Assembly (NCBI GenBank): GCA_903813345.2
Contig: CAIIXF020000001.1
Location: 20,708,001-20,772,000, forward strand
Origin: Owenia fusiformis
Lineage: Eukaryota
DNA length: 64,000 bases
Direction: 5' to 3'
The position numbers and the translations under genes are program-made. Positions 52,809 to 64,000 of this stretch are shown here, in pieces. The number at the start of each line of letters is the position of its first letter. Position 1 is the stretch's first letter. The notes beneath the pieces are model-generated. The model saw only the letters and a list, made by a program, of their open reading frames with translations. It was not told the DNA's origin and ran no database searches.

Positions 52809-52844
52809 ATATGCCATTCAAGCCTAAAACTCGGCCCCCAGCTG
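52809..52844 (+). CDS. 36-nt exon; phase-1 reading (D)MPFKPKTRPPA
   Basis: Textbook acceptor TCTTTCTTCTGTATTTGCAG and donor CTG|GTAAGT. Length is a multiple of 3, it is GC-rich, and it is in frame with the 46695-46887 exon. Phase 0 is also open. Confidence 0.7.
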
Positions 52845-52975
52845 GTAAGTCTAATAATTTGTTGACATTCTGGAGTGATTGATTGGTTGATTAATTGAGT
52901 GATCGATGTATCAATTGATTGATGTATTGATCGATTGATAAAGACGTGACCATGACATAGAAATCATTATATCCA

Positions 52976-53082
52976 CAGGCCCGTAGCCAGGATTTACCAA
53001 GGGGGGTTCACTTTTTGCAAAATTCCAGGGGGGTTCACTTGTGACAATTTTGGTCCAAAAATGGCCCCTGGCTATGGGCCTG
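52976..53082. mobile_element. 107-bp minimal CAGGCCCGTAGCC-family MITE (opposite orientation)
   Basis: CAGGCCCGTAGCCAGG ... CCTGGCTATGGGCCTG with ATCCA on both flanks. The interior is the reverse complement of the right part of the 23791 and 47271 copies. Confidence 0.9.
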
Positions 53083-53333
53083 ATCCACATTTGAAATTCT
53101 ATAGACAGCATTTGATTAATCTTTTAGAGTGGAATGTATTTTCTATGCCTTTGGTCACATCCAAATAACATTATACAAATTGGAATAAATAGAGTGTTCT
53201 ATTAGAAATGGCTGATGGCCATTTATGTCTGTATAAACGTAATTGTTAGAAAGTGCCATTAGAAATATAGCATGGCTTTGTAAAATGATGTCTCTATCTG
53301 AAAGATTGTATACTTTTGCAAGAATTCAGTGAA

Positions 53334-53521
53334 GTGTCTGTAAACGAATCTCAACCATGAAAAAATATAAAATTATAAAATGACACCTAAAGGCCCACTT
53401 CATCAAAATGTAAATCCTTGAATCTGCAAGGTAATTATGTACATTTTATACCTAAGCCTAAGGAAGGACAATTGATTTGCAGATCAGTAATTTGACAATG
53501 TTTGGAATCGTTTACAGACAC
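53334..53521. mobile_element. Possible old MITE
   Basis: Perfect 14-bp IR GTGTCTGTAAACGA / TCGTTTACAGACAC, extending imperfectly to ~24 bp. TSD unclear. Confidence 0.5.
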
Positions 53522-56500
53522 AATACTTAGTTTTACAATAGAATACCTTTTTGGCTGGCTTCAGTGATACTCTTGCGTCTTGCTTGTTTGTCATCTTAGC
53601 TTCTTTGCATGTATTGACTCTCAAGCGTTACAACTCTATTGTGATCTATTTGCCTGTAACTCTGAGGTATCGAGATATTGGATATAATGGCTGGCTTACA
53701 ACAAAACAAAGCCTCTTTTAATCCTGGTATTAGAACTCTTTGATGCTGGATATGATTCTCATGACTTATGACAAATGATATATGATATGGAGCAAATATA
53801 TATCAAATTTGATATTATCTTAATCTCATAATAATTTATCACTTTCCAAGATAATTTGTGCCATTTAAGTGTCAGGTTATTTTCTCTGTTTGCATCTCAG
53901 GTTTTCACTTTGGCATGGATCTATTTCAAATAGACCAAAACAAGTGGAAATCACACCTGAGAAATTACAGTTGCAGATATATGTGTCAAATTAGGCTATT
54001 GCATCTAAATTGGAACAATCTAATAAGTATGGAAATATAATGTAAATGTGTCTGACATACATTAGCTGAAAGCACAATTTATATAAAAATAATGGTCAAA
54101 TTCTTTATTATTGATCGCATGATTATTAATGCGATTCATCTATGTTTCTACGGGGATTTTTTGGAGCCGATAGTAGATCTTTGCAATTATTCTGTATGTA
54201 CAATAGCAACTCGGCATTAGTGCCATACTATTCAACTTCAGCAAACTAATAAAATTGTGAAGATGTCTCAATCGAAAAAATGTTATACATTGTTATTGGA
54301 ACATTAGCTCCTTGAGAGGGGAATTGAATTATGCAAATATCCAAGGCAGGTTTCATTATGACTTTCTGTTGAAAATGGCAGGAAATTTGAAATTAGATTT
54401 TCTCGTGATCTGACTTTAGTACAATGTCTAAACATATTCAAGGCAATCTTGTGGTTTCTCATGAAAGACATCAAGACAATAATTACGACTCAACAAAATA
54501 GGACCATATGGTCATTATGAAAAATATACATTTTCAAAGTCAACTTGAAATATTGAAGTCTATGATCTCGGTTTGAATTGAAGAAGCTTATATGGACCAA
54601 GAATCAATATTTTAAATCCATGTTTTATTAACACTCGAAACATTGATTAAATAATTGTTTATGACTAGAAATGCTTCAAAATTGTTTTGTTGCCAAACCA
54701 TCATATTCCTTACCCTTTTCATGTCATTTGTGACAAGTCTTGTTTGAATCAATTTCAAAGGATGAATTTCCTTTTTCTTTTAAGCACCTCTAGCAGCAAT
54801 AGCAATGTAGCATTTTGCAATATGTTCCCCTATCTTTTTTATATGATTATATACATATCAGCAAGAGTTTTAGACAACTTGTCTTTGTAAGTGTTTGTAC
54901 ATGTACCGTAAATGCATTATGTGAACTTGTCTCAGATTTTAATGTTGCCGTGTTGTTTCTACAAGATATGCCGCAGTCTGATCAACCTGGTGTGTATGCT
55001 TCCTTTATGCATGCTTTCCCCACTGTTTATAATGTTGTCCAATATTTATTTTTTAATATCTGGTTTTAACTGTGATAGATGGCGCTCTAATGGCATTCTT
55101 ATTAGGCCTCATCTAAAAGTAATTTTTGTCTAGCTTTAAGTTTAAAAACTTGCTATTCTAAGTTTAGAGGTTTTCATTTTAAAGATCGTTAAATGGCAAC
55201 CCTCAAATGTTAGATATTACCACTAAATTATGTAAAATATTTCACTGAGATGCCTAACCCAGATAAGAAAACATGTTGAAAGAATCAATTTATTAGAAAG
55301 GTTACATCAACTTATTTGTTGTTTTAATAATCTTCACCTCCCTCTGCAGTAACAACTTTGTATTTTTATAGTCTCGTAGAGATCATAGACTATACTATGC
55401 CTCTAATGGAATTTTTGTAAATTTTATTTAATATCAGATTCTATAAAACTAAGATAGTTCTGGTTTTTGAGATTTTTTATTTTGTAATAATGTCACGATA
55501 ATTGTCTATTTAATTGCATGTTCAGGTTATGTGTTATTTCTACAATCAATTTCAGGCTCGTCTTTTATTTAATTAAGGTAGCCTGAGTAGAATAAGTAAT
55601 TTGCTGAATTACTGGAATCATTCAAGGCAGTAATTTTATATGTGGATAGTTTAACTTAAAGCAAAACAGTTGTTTTACCATTTGCTTACTGTCAATGTCC
55701 ACCTTAACTTTACTGTCCTGTATTTTGCACGTAGGCTTCCATCTGACAATATGTGCAAGCCTGTATCAAAATCATTCCACTTGGTCTACCTTTAATCATT
55801 CATATCGGCATGTCATGAGAAAAATAATGACTGAATATTATAAGATGTGACTTGTCAAAGTTAAGAGCCACTGTTGCTTATTGTTGTTTGTATTCATTGC
55901 CTCCGATGATGTCACAGGTAAATTCGGTAAATCGCAACGCCACAATGAAATCTTCAAACCTGATAAACCAAAATACACAATGCGTAAGTGTAAAATTCTA
56001 CATTACATGTATGTTGTATTTGCTTAAGTTTCATCTTTTCAACATTTATCTTAGTTTTAGTTTTATATAGGTCCCAATGAGAGAATTATCTCAGTAATTT
56101 GTCAAAAGTTAAGCATGCATGTATATTATGACAAATGTTTTATAAATTGTAGTATTTCATTCATTTTAGATAAGTTCATATTGTAGTCATTTGTTTTGTT
56201 ATTTGATCTGGATGTGCTTGATGGATCACCAGATTAATCAAGAGCATTACAATACCTGTGCTGGTAGATTGGTTCATACTCTGTGTGTCTATGATAGCAG
56301 CTTTTTGCATTAAGTTATTAATTGGATAGGATATTAGGGTTTGGTACAGTTTTTCTGTCCATCAATTACACTATGATCTGGAGCATCAAGAGATGATGCG
56401 GTCAATGTACTACCCCATTATTGTATTGGCTTAAATCAGATACGTTAATGCAGGCGGCGCAGCTCATACACTACGAAACAAATTGAACTATCACTCTATC

Positions 56501-56539
56501 CCATACCATACCATACCACACAATACCATACCATACCAT
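56501..56539. repeat. (CCATA)n microsatellite
   Basis: About 8 pentamer copies with 2 variants. Confidence 0.9.
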
Positions 56540-57730
56540 TTCAGGTATTGAATTTGCCCTTGGTGCACTTAGATAACTAATGTTCTTTATTCAGATTAAG
56601 ATCAATTTGACCTCACTTTTTTTATTTATATTCCACTTATTTATAACTTTTTTCCATAATATTCCAACTGTTGTTTAATCAGGTATGGTGAGTTTGTCAC
56701 AATGATTAAGCACTCGCTCATTATTCTACTGAACCAAAAAATAAAAAGTAACTTAGGTTAAAATGCCAATCTGCCATGAAATGTCTCCTGGAGTTTCATG
56801 ACAATTGCCCAGGAATTATCAGTGGGTAAAAAAGCATTTGTTGCTTCAAACACTGAAAATTAAAAAAATCATGAAAAATTGGATATTTTGACCATATTTG
56901 AGCATTCTCATTCAGAATTGTCAGAATACAAATTTTGTACTTTGTTAAAAAGAAAGCCTGGGAAGGCCACTTTATTCAAAGCATTTTAGATTATTTATCA
57001 TGTTTGAACTTTTAGACATGGTTGGAGATCTACTTATAGTTGATGGAAAACTCACAATTCATGGATCTTCTTTCAAGTTGGTCAAATTAACCTTATTTCA
57101 CCTTGAGATGACAGCATTGACATTCAATTAGTGACTCTAAAATACATCAATTGCTCATGAGCAATATACCATTCCAGCCATAGTGATATTATTTGCATTT
57201 TAAGCAATTAGGTAAAGCTCTATAAGAGCGACACTTCATCACTTTTGACAGCTTTACTATTTCTTCACTTGATGGATCTGTCACATCAGAGCGCATTGAC
57301 ATTATATAAGTGATGAGGTAAAACCTTGAAACTTAAAATGAATGCTATACAATGAGGCAAATATTATATGAGTATGGCCAATTGAGTAAGAGATCAGACA
57401 AATGGTTTCACAAATTAATGTATTTTTAGTTTTGCTTCAAGCCCCCGTGACCCCGTCCCTCCACATACCTCATCTTTGAATATGAAGTAGAAGTAGGGAG
57501 GGGGTCTGGAGATTTGATGTAAGAGTAGTATAATATAGATACAAGTTTACATGTGAATTTCATGAAAATATATATCAAACTTGTGAATATAAAAAATATT
57601 TTGAAATGTTTCACAATTTAAATTATTTATGTTTTATATTGCATGGGTTATGGTTGAGAATCGGGATATGATAAAAAAAATATTATATACATGTAATCAC
57701 TGAATTTGTATTTGTATGTCAAAATTATTT

Positions 57731-60700
57731 ATTAGGAGGCCCCAACGGGGGGCCTCCTATAGATTTTATAGATATTATTTATTAGGAGGCCCCAACGGGG
57801 GGCCTCCTATAGATTTTATAGATATTATTTATTATTCTTTATTAGGAGGCCCCATCGGGGGGCCTCCTATCAATTTTGTAGATATTATTCTTTATTCTTT
57901 ATTATTAGGAGGCCCCATCGGGGGGCCTCCTATCAATTTTGTAGATATTATTATTATTATTATTATTATTATTTATTCTTCCTCCCTCTTTTTCTCCTAC
58001 TTCCAACTACCTTTCAACTAGGTACTACATAGTCCTACTAGGGACCTGGGCTGAACTTGGCGGGAAAGGAATTTTTATCTAGGTCAAGATCAAAGGTCAA
58101 AATCTAGGTCAAATCAAAGCTTTTTTCAAGTTTCTCAAATCCTGACACTACACTTCAATATTTTTGGCTGAATTTTTGCATACTGATAGATATTAGTATT
58201 CTATTAGTCTTAGCCTTTTGCCGTCTAGAGAAATTTTGCCCAGATTTTGAGATATTGAAGGTCAAAAAAGGTCAAAAAAGGTCTTTTTTCAACTTGCTTC
58301 AAATTGACCAATTTTTTTTTTAAAACTCATCTACAAGTTCTCAGGATTCCAAATCTGACCTTACTTTTGACCTTTGACCTTTGGTTGACCTTCAATGACC
58401 TCCAGGGGTACAAAAAGTTGATTTTTCAAATCGATTTTCTGGATTCAAATTTAGGTATATTTAGTCACAAAGGACCCACTGAGGTCTAAAAAAGTAAAAT
58501 TTGCAAGGTCAAAGGTCAAGGTCATATAACTAAATCACAAACTGTGTTTTCTAAGTTTCTCAAAATTGGTAACTACAAATCAATATTTTTTCATGAAAGT
58601 CAGGATATATATTCCTCTATAGGTTCTACACATATTAGCAATTGACTATTTATTAAAATTGTGTACCAGTTTTGAGATATTGGAACTCAAAAACTGAAAA
58701 AAGGTCAAATTTCGAAACTTTTCAAGACTAAATTTCAACTTGCTTCAAATTGACCAATTTTTTTTTAAAACTCATCTACAAGTTCTCAGGATTCCAAATC
58801 TAACCTTACTTTTGACCTTTGACCTTTGGTTGACCTTCAGTGACCTCCGAAAGGTCAAAAAAGTTGATTTTTCAAATCGATTTTTTGGATTTAAATTTAG
58901 GTATATTTAGTCACAAAAGACATACCGAGGTCTAAAAAAGTAAGATTTGCAAGGTCAAGGTCAAAGGTCAAGGTCATCAAGCTTAATCACAAACTGTGTT
59001 TTCTAAGTTTCTCAGAATTGGTGACTACAAATCAATATTTTTTAATGAAAGTCAGGATATATATTTCTCTAAAGGTTCTACACATATTAGCTATTCATAT
59101 ATGATCTTAAATTTGATATTTAACCTTTAGTTGACCTTCTAATTGGCAATGCCTACAGGGCCTCCGTAAGATTGCTTGCAATCTTCTAGTTATTATTTAT
59201 TCTTCCTCCCTCTTTTTCTCCTACTTCCAACTACCTTTCAACTAGGTACTACATAGTCCTACTAGGGACCTGGGCTGAACTTGGCGGGAAAGGAATTTTT
59301 ATCTAGGTCAAGGTCAAAGGTCAAAATCTAGGTCAAATCTAAGTTTTTTTCAAGTTTCTCAAATCCTGACACTACACTTAAATATTTTTGGCTGAATTTT
59401 TTCACACAGATAGATATTAGTATTCTATTAGTCTTAGCCTTTTGCCGTCTAGAGAAATTTTGCCTAGATTTTGAGATATTGAAGGTCAAAAAAGGTCAAA
59501 AAAGGTCTTTTTTCAACTTGCTTCAAATTGACCAAATTTTTTTTAAAACTCATGTACAAGTTCTCAGGATTCCAAATCTGACCTTACTTTTGACCTTTGA
59601 CCTTTGGTTGACCTTCAGTGACCTCCGAAATGTCAAAAAGTTGATTTTTCAAATCGATTTTCTGGATTCAAATTTAGGTATATTTATTCACAAAAGATCT
59701 TCTGAGGTCTAAAAAAGTAAAATTTGCAAGGTCAAAGGTCAAGGTCATCAAACGAAATCACAAACTGTGTTTTCTAAGTTTCTCAAAATTGGAGACTACA
59801 AATCAATTTTTTTTACTGAAAGTCAGAATATATATTCCTCTATAGGTTCTACACATATTAGCAATTGACTATTAATTAAAATTTTGCTCCAGTTTTGAGA
59901 TATTAGAACTCAAAAACTGAAAAAAGGTCAAATTTCAAAATTTTTCAAGGTCAAATTTCAACTTGCTCTAAATTGACCAAACTTTTTTTTAAAAAGCATC
60001 TACAAGATCACAGGAACTCAAATCTGACCTTAGTTTTGAACTATGACCTTTAGTTGACCTTCAGTGACCTTCGAAAGGTCAAAAAAGTTAATTTTTCAAA
60101 TTGATTTTCTGGATTCAAATTTAGGTTTCTTCAATCAGAAAAGATATACTGAGGTCTAAAAAAGTAAAACCTGTAAGGTCAAAGGTCAAGGTCATCAAAC
60201 AAGATCACAAACTGTGTTTTCTATGTTTCTCAAAGTTTGTGACTACAAATCAATATTTTTGAATTAAAGTCAGGATATATATTCCTCTAAAGCTTTTACA
60301 CATAATAACAATTGATTATCTATTAAAATTCTGCACCAGTTTTGAGATATTGGACCTCAAAAACTGAAAAAGGTCTAATGTTGAAATTTTTCAAGGTCAA
60401 ATTTCACATTGCTTCAAAATGACCAAACTTTTTTTTAAAAATCATCTACAAGATGCCTGGAGTTCATATATGTCCTTGTATTTAAGATTTGACCTTTGGC
60501 TGACCTTTAAATGTTCAAAAAAGCCTACGGGGCCTCCGTAAGATTGCTTGCAATCTTCTAGTTCTTTATTATTATTTATTCTTCCTCCCCCTTTTTCTCC
60601 TACTTCCAACTAGCTTTCAACTAGCTACTACATAGTCTTACTAGGGACCTGGGCTGAACTTGGCGGGAAAGGAATTTTTATTTAGGTCAAGGTCAAAGGT

Positions 60701-63367
60701 CAAAATCAAGGTCAAATCTAAGTTTTTTTCAAGTTTCTCAAATCCTGACACTACACTTCAATATTTTTGGCTGAATTTTTGCATACCGATAGATATTAGT
60801 ATTCTATTAGTCTTAGCCTTTTGCCGTCTAGAGAAATTTTGCCTAGATTTTGAGATATTGAAGGTCAAAAAAAGGTCAAAAAAGGTCTTTTTTCAACTTG
60901 CTTCAAATTGACCAAATTTTTTTTTAAAACTCATCTACAAGTTCTCAGGATTCCAAATCTGACCTTATTTTTGACCTTTGACCTTTGATTGACCTTCAGT
61001 GACCTCTGAAAGGTAAAAAAAGTTGATTTTTCAAATCAATTTTCTGGATTCACATTTAGGTATATTTATTCACAAAAGACCTTCTGAGGTCTAAAAAAGT
61101 AAAATTTGCAAGGTCAAAGGTCAAGGTCATCAAACGAAATCACAAACTGTGTTTTCTAAGTTTCTCAAAATTGGAGACTACAAATCAATTTTTTTTACTG
61201 AAAGTCAGAATATGTATTCCTCTAAAGGTTCTACACATATTAGCAATTGACAATTTATTAAAATTTTGCTCCAGTTTTGAGATATTAGAACTCAAAAACT
61301 GAAAAAAGGTCAAATTTCGAAATTTTTCAAGGTCAAATTTCAACTTGCTCTAAATTGACCAAACTTTTTTTTAAAACTCATCTACAAGTTCTCAGGATTC
61401 CAAATCTAACCTTACTTTTGACCTTTGATCTTTGGTTGACCTTCAGTGACCTCCGAAAGGTCAAAAAAGTTGTTTTTTCAAATCGATTTTCTGGATTCAA
61501 ATTTAGGTATATTAATTCACAAAAGACCTTCTGAGGTCTAAAAAAGTAAAATTTGCAAGGTCAAAGGTCAAGGTCATCAAACGAAATCACAAATTGTGTT
61601 TTCTAAGTTTCTCAAAATTGGAGACTACAAATCAATATTTTTAAATGAAAGTCAGAATATATATTCCTCTACTAAAGGTTCTACACATATTAGCAATTGA
61701 TTATCTATTAAAATTTGGCTCCAGTTTTGAGATATTATAGCTCAAAAACTGAAAAAAGGTCAAATTTCGTAAATTTTTCAAGGTCAAATTTCAACTTGCA
61801 TTAATTCGACCAAACCTTTTTTAAAAATCATCTACAAGTTGTCTGGAGTTCATATATGACCTTGTATTAGAGATTTGACCTTTGGCTGGCCTTTGAATGT
61901 TCAGAAACGAATATAGGGCCTCCGTAAGATTGCTTGCAATCTTAGATCGTTAGATCTCTAGTTATTATTTATTCTTCTCTGCACTTTTTCTCCTACTTCT
62001 AACTAGATTTCAACTATCTACTATATGAACCTACTAGGGACCTAGGTTGAACTTACCGGGAAAGGAATTTTTATCTAGGTCAAGGTCAAAGGTCAAAATC
62101 TAGGTCAAATCAAAGTTTTTTCTAAGTTTCTCAGATTTCGTCCTCATACTTCATTATTTTTTGCGATGAATTAAAATGTAACTAGATATAAGCATTCCCT
62201 ACAAATTACTCACTATATGTTCGCGTTAATTTTTTACCGTTTTTGAGATAATTGACGTAAAAAAACGGTAAAAATTGGTCATTTTTCAACTTGCTTCAAA
62301 TTGACCAATTTTTTTTTTTAAAATCATCTACAAGTTCTCAGGAACTCAAATCTGACCTTAGTTTTGACCTTTGACCTTTGGTTGACCTTCAGTGACCTTC
62401 GAAAGGTCAAAAAAGTTGATTTTTCAAATTGATTTTCTGGATTCAAATTTAGGTACATTTGATCACAAAAGACCCACTGAGGTCTAAAAAAGTAAAATTT
62501 GCAAGGTCAAAGGTCAAGGTCATCAAACTAAATCATAAACTGTGTTTTCTAAGTTTCTAAGTTTTGGTGACTACAAATCAATATTTTTTCATGAAAGTCA
62601 GGATATATATTCCTCTATAGGTTATACACATATTAGCAATTGACTATTTATTAAAATTGTGTACCAGTTTTGAGATATTAGAACTCAAAAACTGAAAAAA
62701 GGTCAAATTTCGAAACTTTTCAAGACTAAATTTCAACTTGCTTCAAATTGACCAAATGTTTTTTTTAAAATCATCTACAAGTTCTCAGGAACTCAAATCT
62801 GACCTTAGTTTTGACCTTTGACCTTTGGTTGACCTTCAGTGACCTTCTAAAGGTCAAAAAAGTTGATTTTTTAAATTGATTTTCTGGATTCAAATTTAGG
62901 TATATTTGATCACAAAAGACCCACTGAGGTCTAAAAAAAGTAAGACTTGCAAGGTCAAAGGTCAAGGTCATCAAACTTAATCACAAACTGTGTTTTCTAA
63001 GTTTCTAAGTTTTGGTGACTACAAATCAATATCTTTTCATGAAAGTCAGGATATATATTCCTCTATAGGTTCTACACATATTAGCAATTGACTATTTATT
63101 AAAATTGGGTACCAGTTTTGAGATATTAGAACTCAAAAACCGAAAAAAGGTCTAATGTTGAAATTTTTCAAGGTCAAACTTCACATTGCTTCAAATTGAC
63201 CAAACTTTTTTTTTAAAATCATCTACAAGATGCCTGGAGTTCATATATGACCTTGTTTTTAAGATTTGACCTTTGGCTGACCTTTAAATGTTCAAAAAAG
63301 CCTACGGGGCCTCCGTAAGATTGCTTGCAATCTTTATACGATTGCTTGCAATCTTATACATCTAGTT
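57731..63367 (+). mobile_element. Stack of four HINE-like family C elements (4 heads then 4 bodies/tails)
   Basis: Hairpin heads TAGGAGGCCCC-A(A/T)CGG-GGGGCCTCCTA at 57731, 57781, 57841 and 57904, then an (ATT)n tract. Four bodies start TATTCTTC.. and contain ~445-bp internal repeats. Each ends GGGCCTCCGTAAGATTGCTTGCAATCTT...CTAGTT, at 59191, 60563, 61963 and 63367. Confidence 0.9.
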
Positions 63368-63539
63368 ATAGATTATAGTTTAGATGGAAAAGATTAATAT
63401 GTATCACATTGTATGAACATTTCTTTTTGTAGTTTCATTGTTACAGCTATAGTTTGTTGTATTTATAGTGACTATAGCATCATTGTAATCGATTAGAATC
63501 TCATACTTAGTTAGGATGGGATAACAACAGGTAATTGTT

Positions 63540-63883
63540 ATCCCATTGAACGAAGTTAGGTGGGATATATGAAACACCTCCGTCCCTCTGTCCATCTGTC
63601 CGTCCGGGCAATAACTCAAATACCATTGGCCCAATTTTGTTCCTATTTTGTACACATATACCCTATGGAGGTAGAAGTTCTGCTCGAAAGCCGATCTTCA
63701 AAATGGCCACTCATTTGAAAATGGCGGCTATTTTAGTGCTGATTTTACAGTAATTTAGATACAATATGTAAAAATGACACTTTTGGTAGAAGGCGACCAT
63801 TTTGAAAATGGCACACTGTCTAGTGACACTTTTTGTAGAAGGTGGAATTTGCTACGCTTTGACGTTTTGGTTGTTGTCTAGTT
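63540..63883 (+). mobile_element. HINE-like element, family A, short complete copy
   Basis: 5' IR TATCCCA...TGGGATA, (TCCG/TCTG)n-like microsatellite at 63579-63607, a body matching window bases 1-95 plus one collapsed repeat unit, and 3' GCTACGCTTTGACGTT...CTAGTT. Confidence 0.8.
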
Positions 63884-64000
63884 GTATTTATCATGGTGAC
63901 AGGATATGGTTTATTTTTAATTTTCAACCAGTGGCAGAATCCCCTTTACTAATGATTTTTCTCTTGTTTTTGATAATAGACTTTGTCATTTTCAAAACTT

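Noticed and set aside
54900-55140. Minus-strand translation faintly resembling an integrase zinc-finger region (RQKLLLDEA..H..KYWTTL..V...C)
   Set aside because: Many stops, key H/C residues not correctly placed and no adjacent catalytic core; cannot be distinguished from chance without a profile search.
57731-57960. CRISPR-like look: four palindromic ~30-bp repeats with short intervening sequences
   Set aside because: The spacers are near-identical AT-rich sequence, there are no cas genes, the context is eukaryotic, and the palindrome matches the 3' subterminal motif of the downstream HINE bodies.
57716-62974. ORFs with GGPNGGPP repeats and similar 60-100 aa ORFs in 58-63 kb
   Set aside because: Artefacts of the hairpin heads and internal repeats of the HINE stack; no Rep or helicase motifs.

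Overview
AT-rich eukaryotic genomic DNA, almost entirely intronic or intergenic. The repeat types suggest an invertebrate, possibly a mollusc, but that is inference. There is no prokaryotic operon, CRISPR array, rRNA or intact transposase/RT ORF, and nearly all ORF-track entries are spurious. The best coding signal is a + strand ATG exon at 46695-46887 (basic tail plus one transmembrane helix, type II topology, phase-1 donor). It can splice in frame to a 36-nt exon at 52809-52844, with weaker candidates for an 18-nt microexon and an alternative first exon; the gene is not identifiable. The rest is dominated by non-autonomous DNA transposons. These include three families of Helentron-associated (HINE/DINE-1/pearl-type) elements with internal tandem arrays, a group of CA...TG-terminal MITEs with mostly 5-bp target duplications, two foldback elements, a multi-layer nest at 29.5-32.6 kb and a tRNA-like sequence clamped in a 21-bp inverted repeat. 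The most striking structure is 57.7-63.4 kb: four HINE 5' heads followed by four bodies with 3' tails, the geometry expected from repeated self-insertion (Russian-doll nesting).
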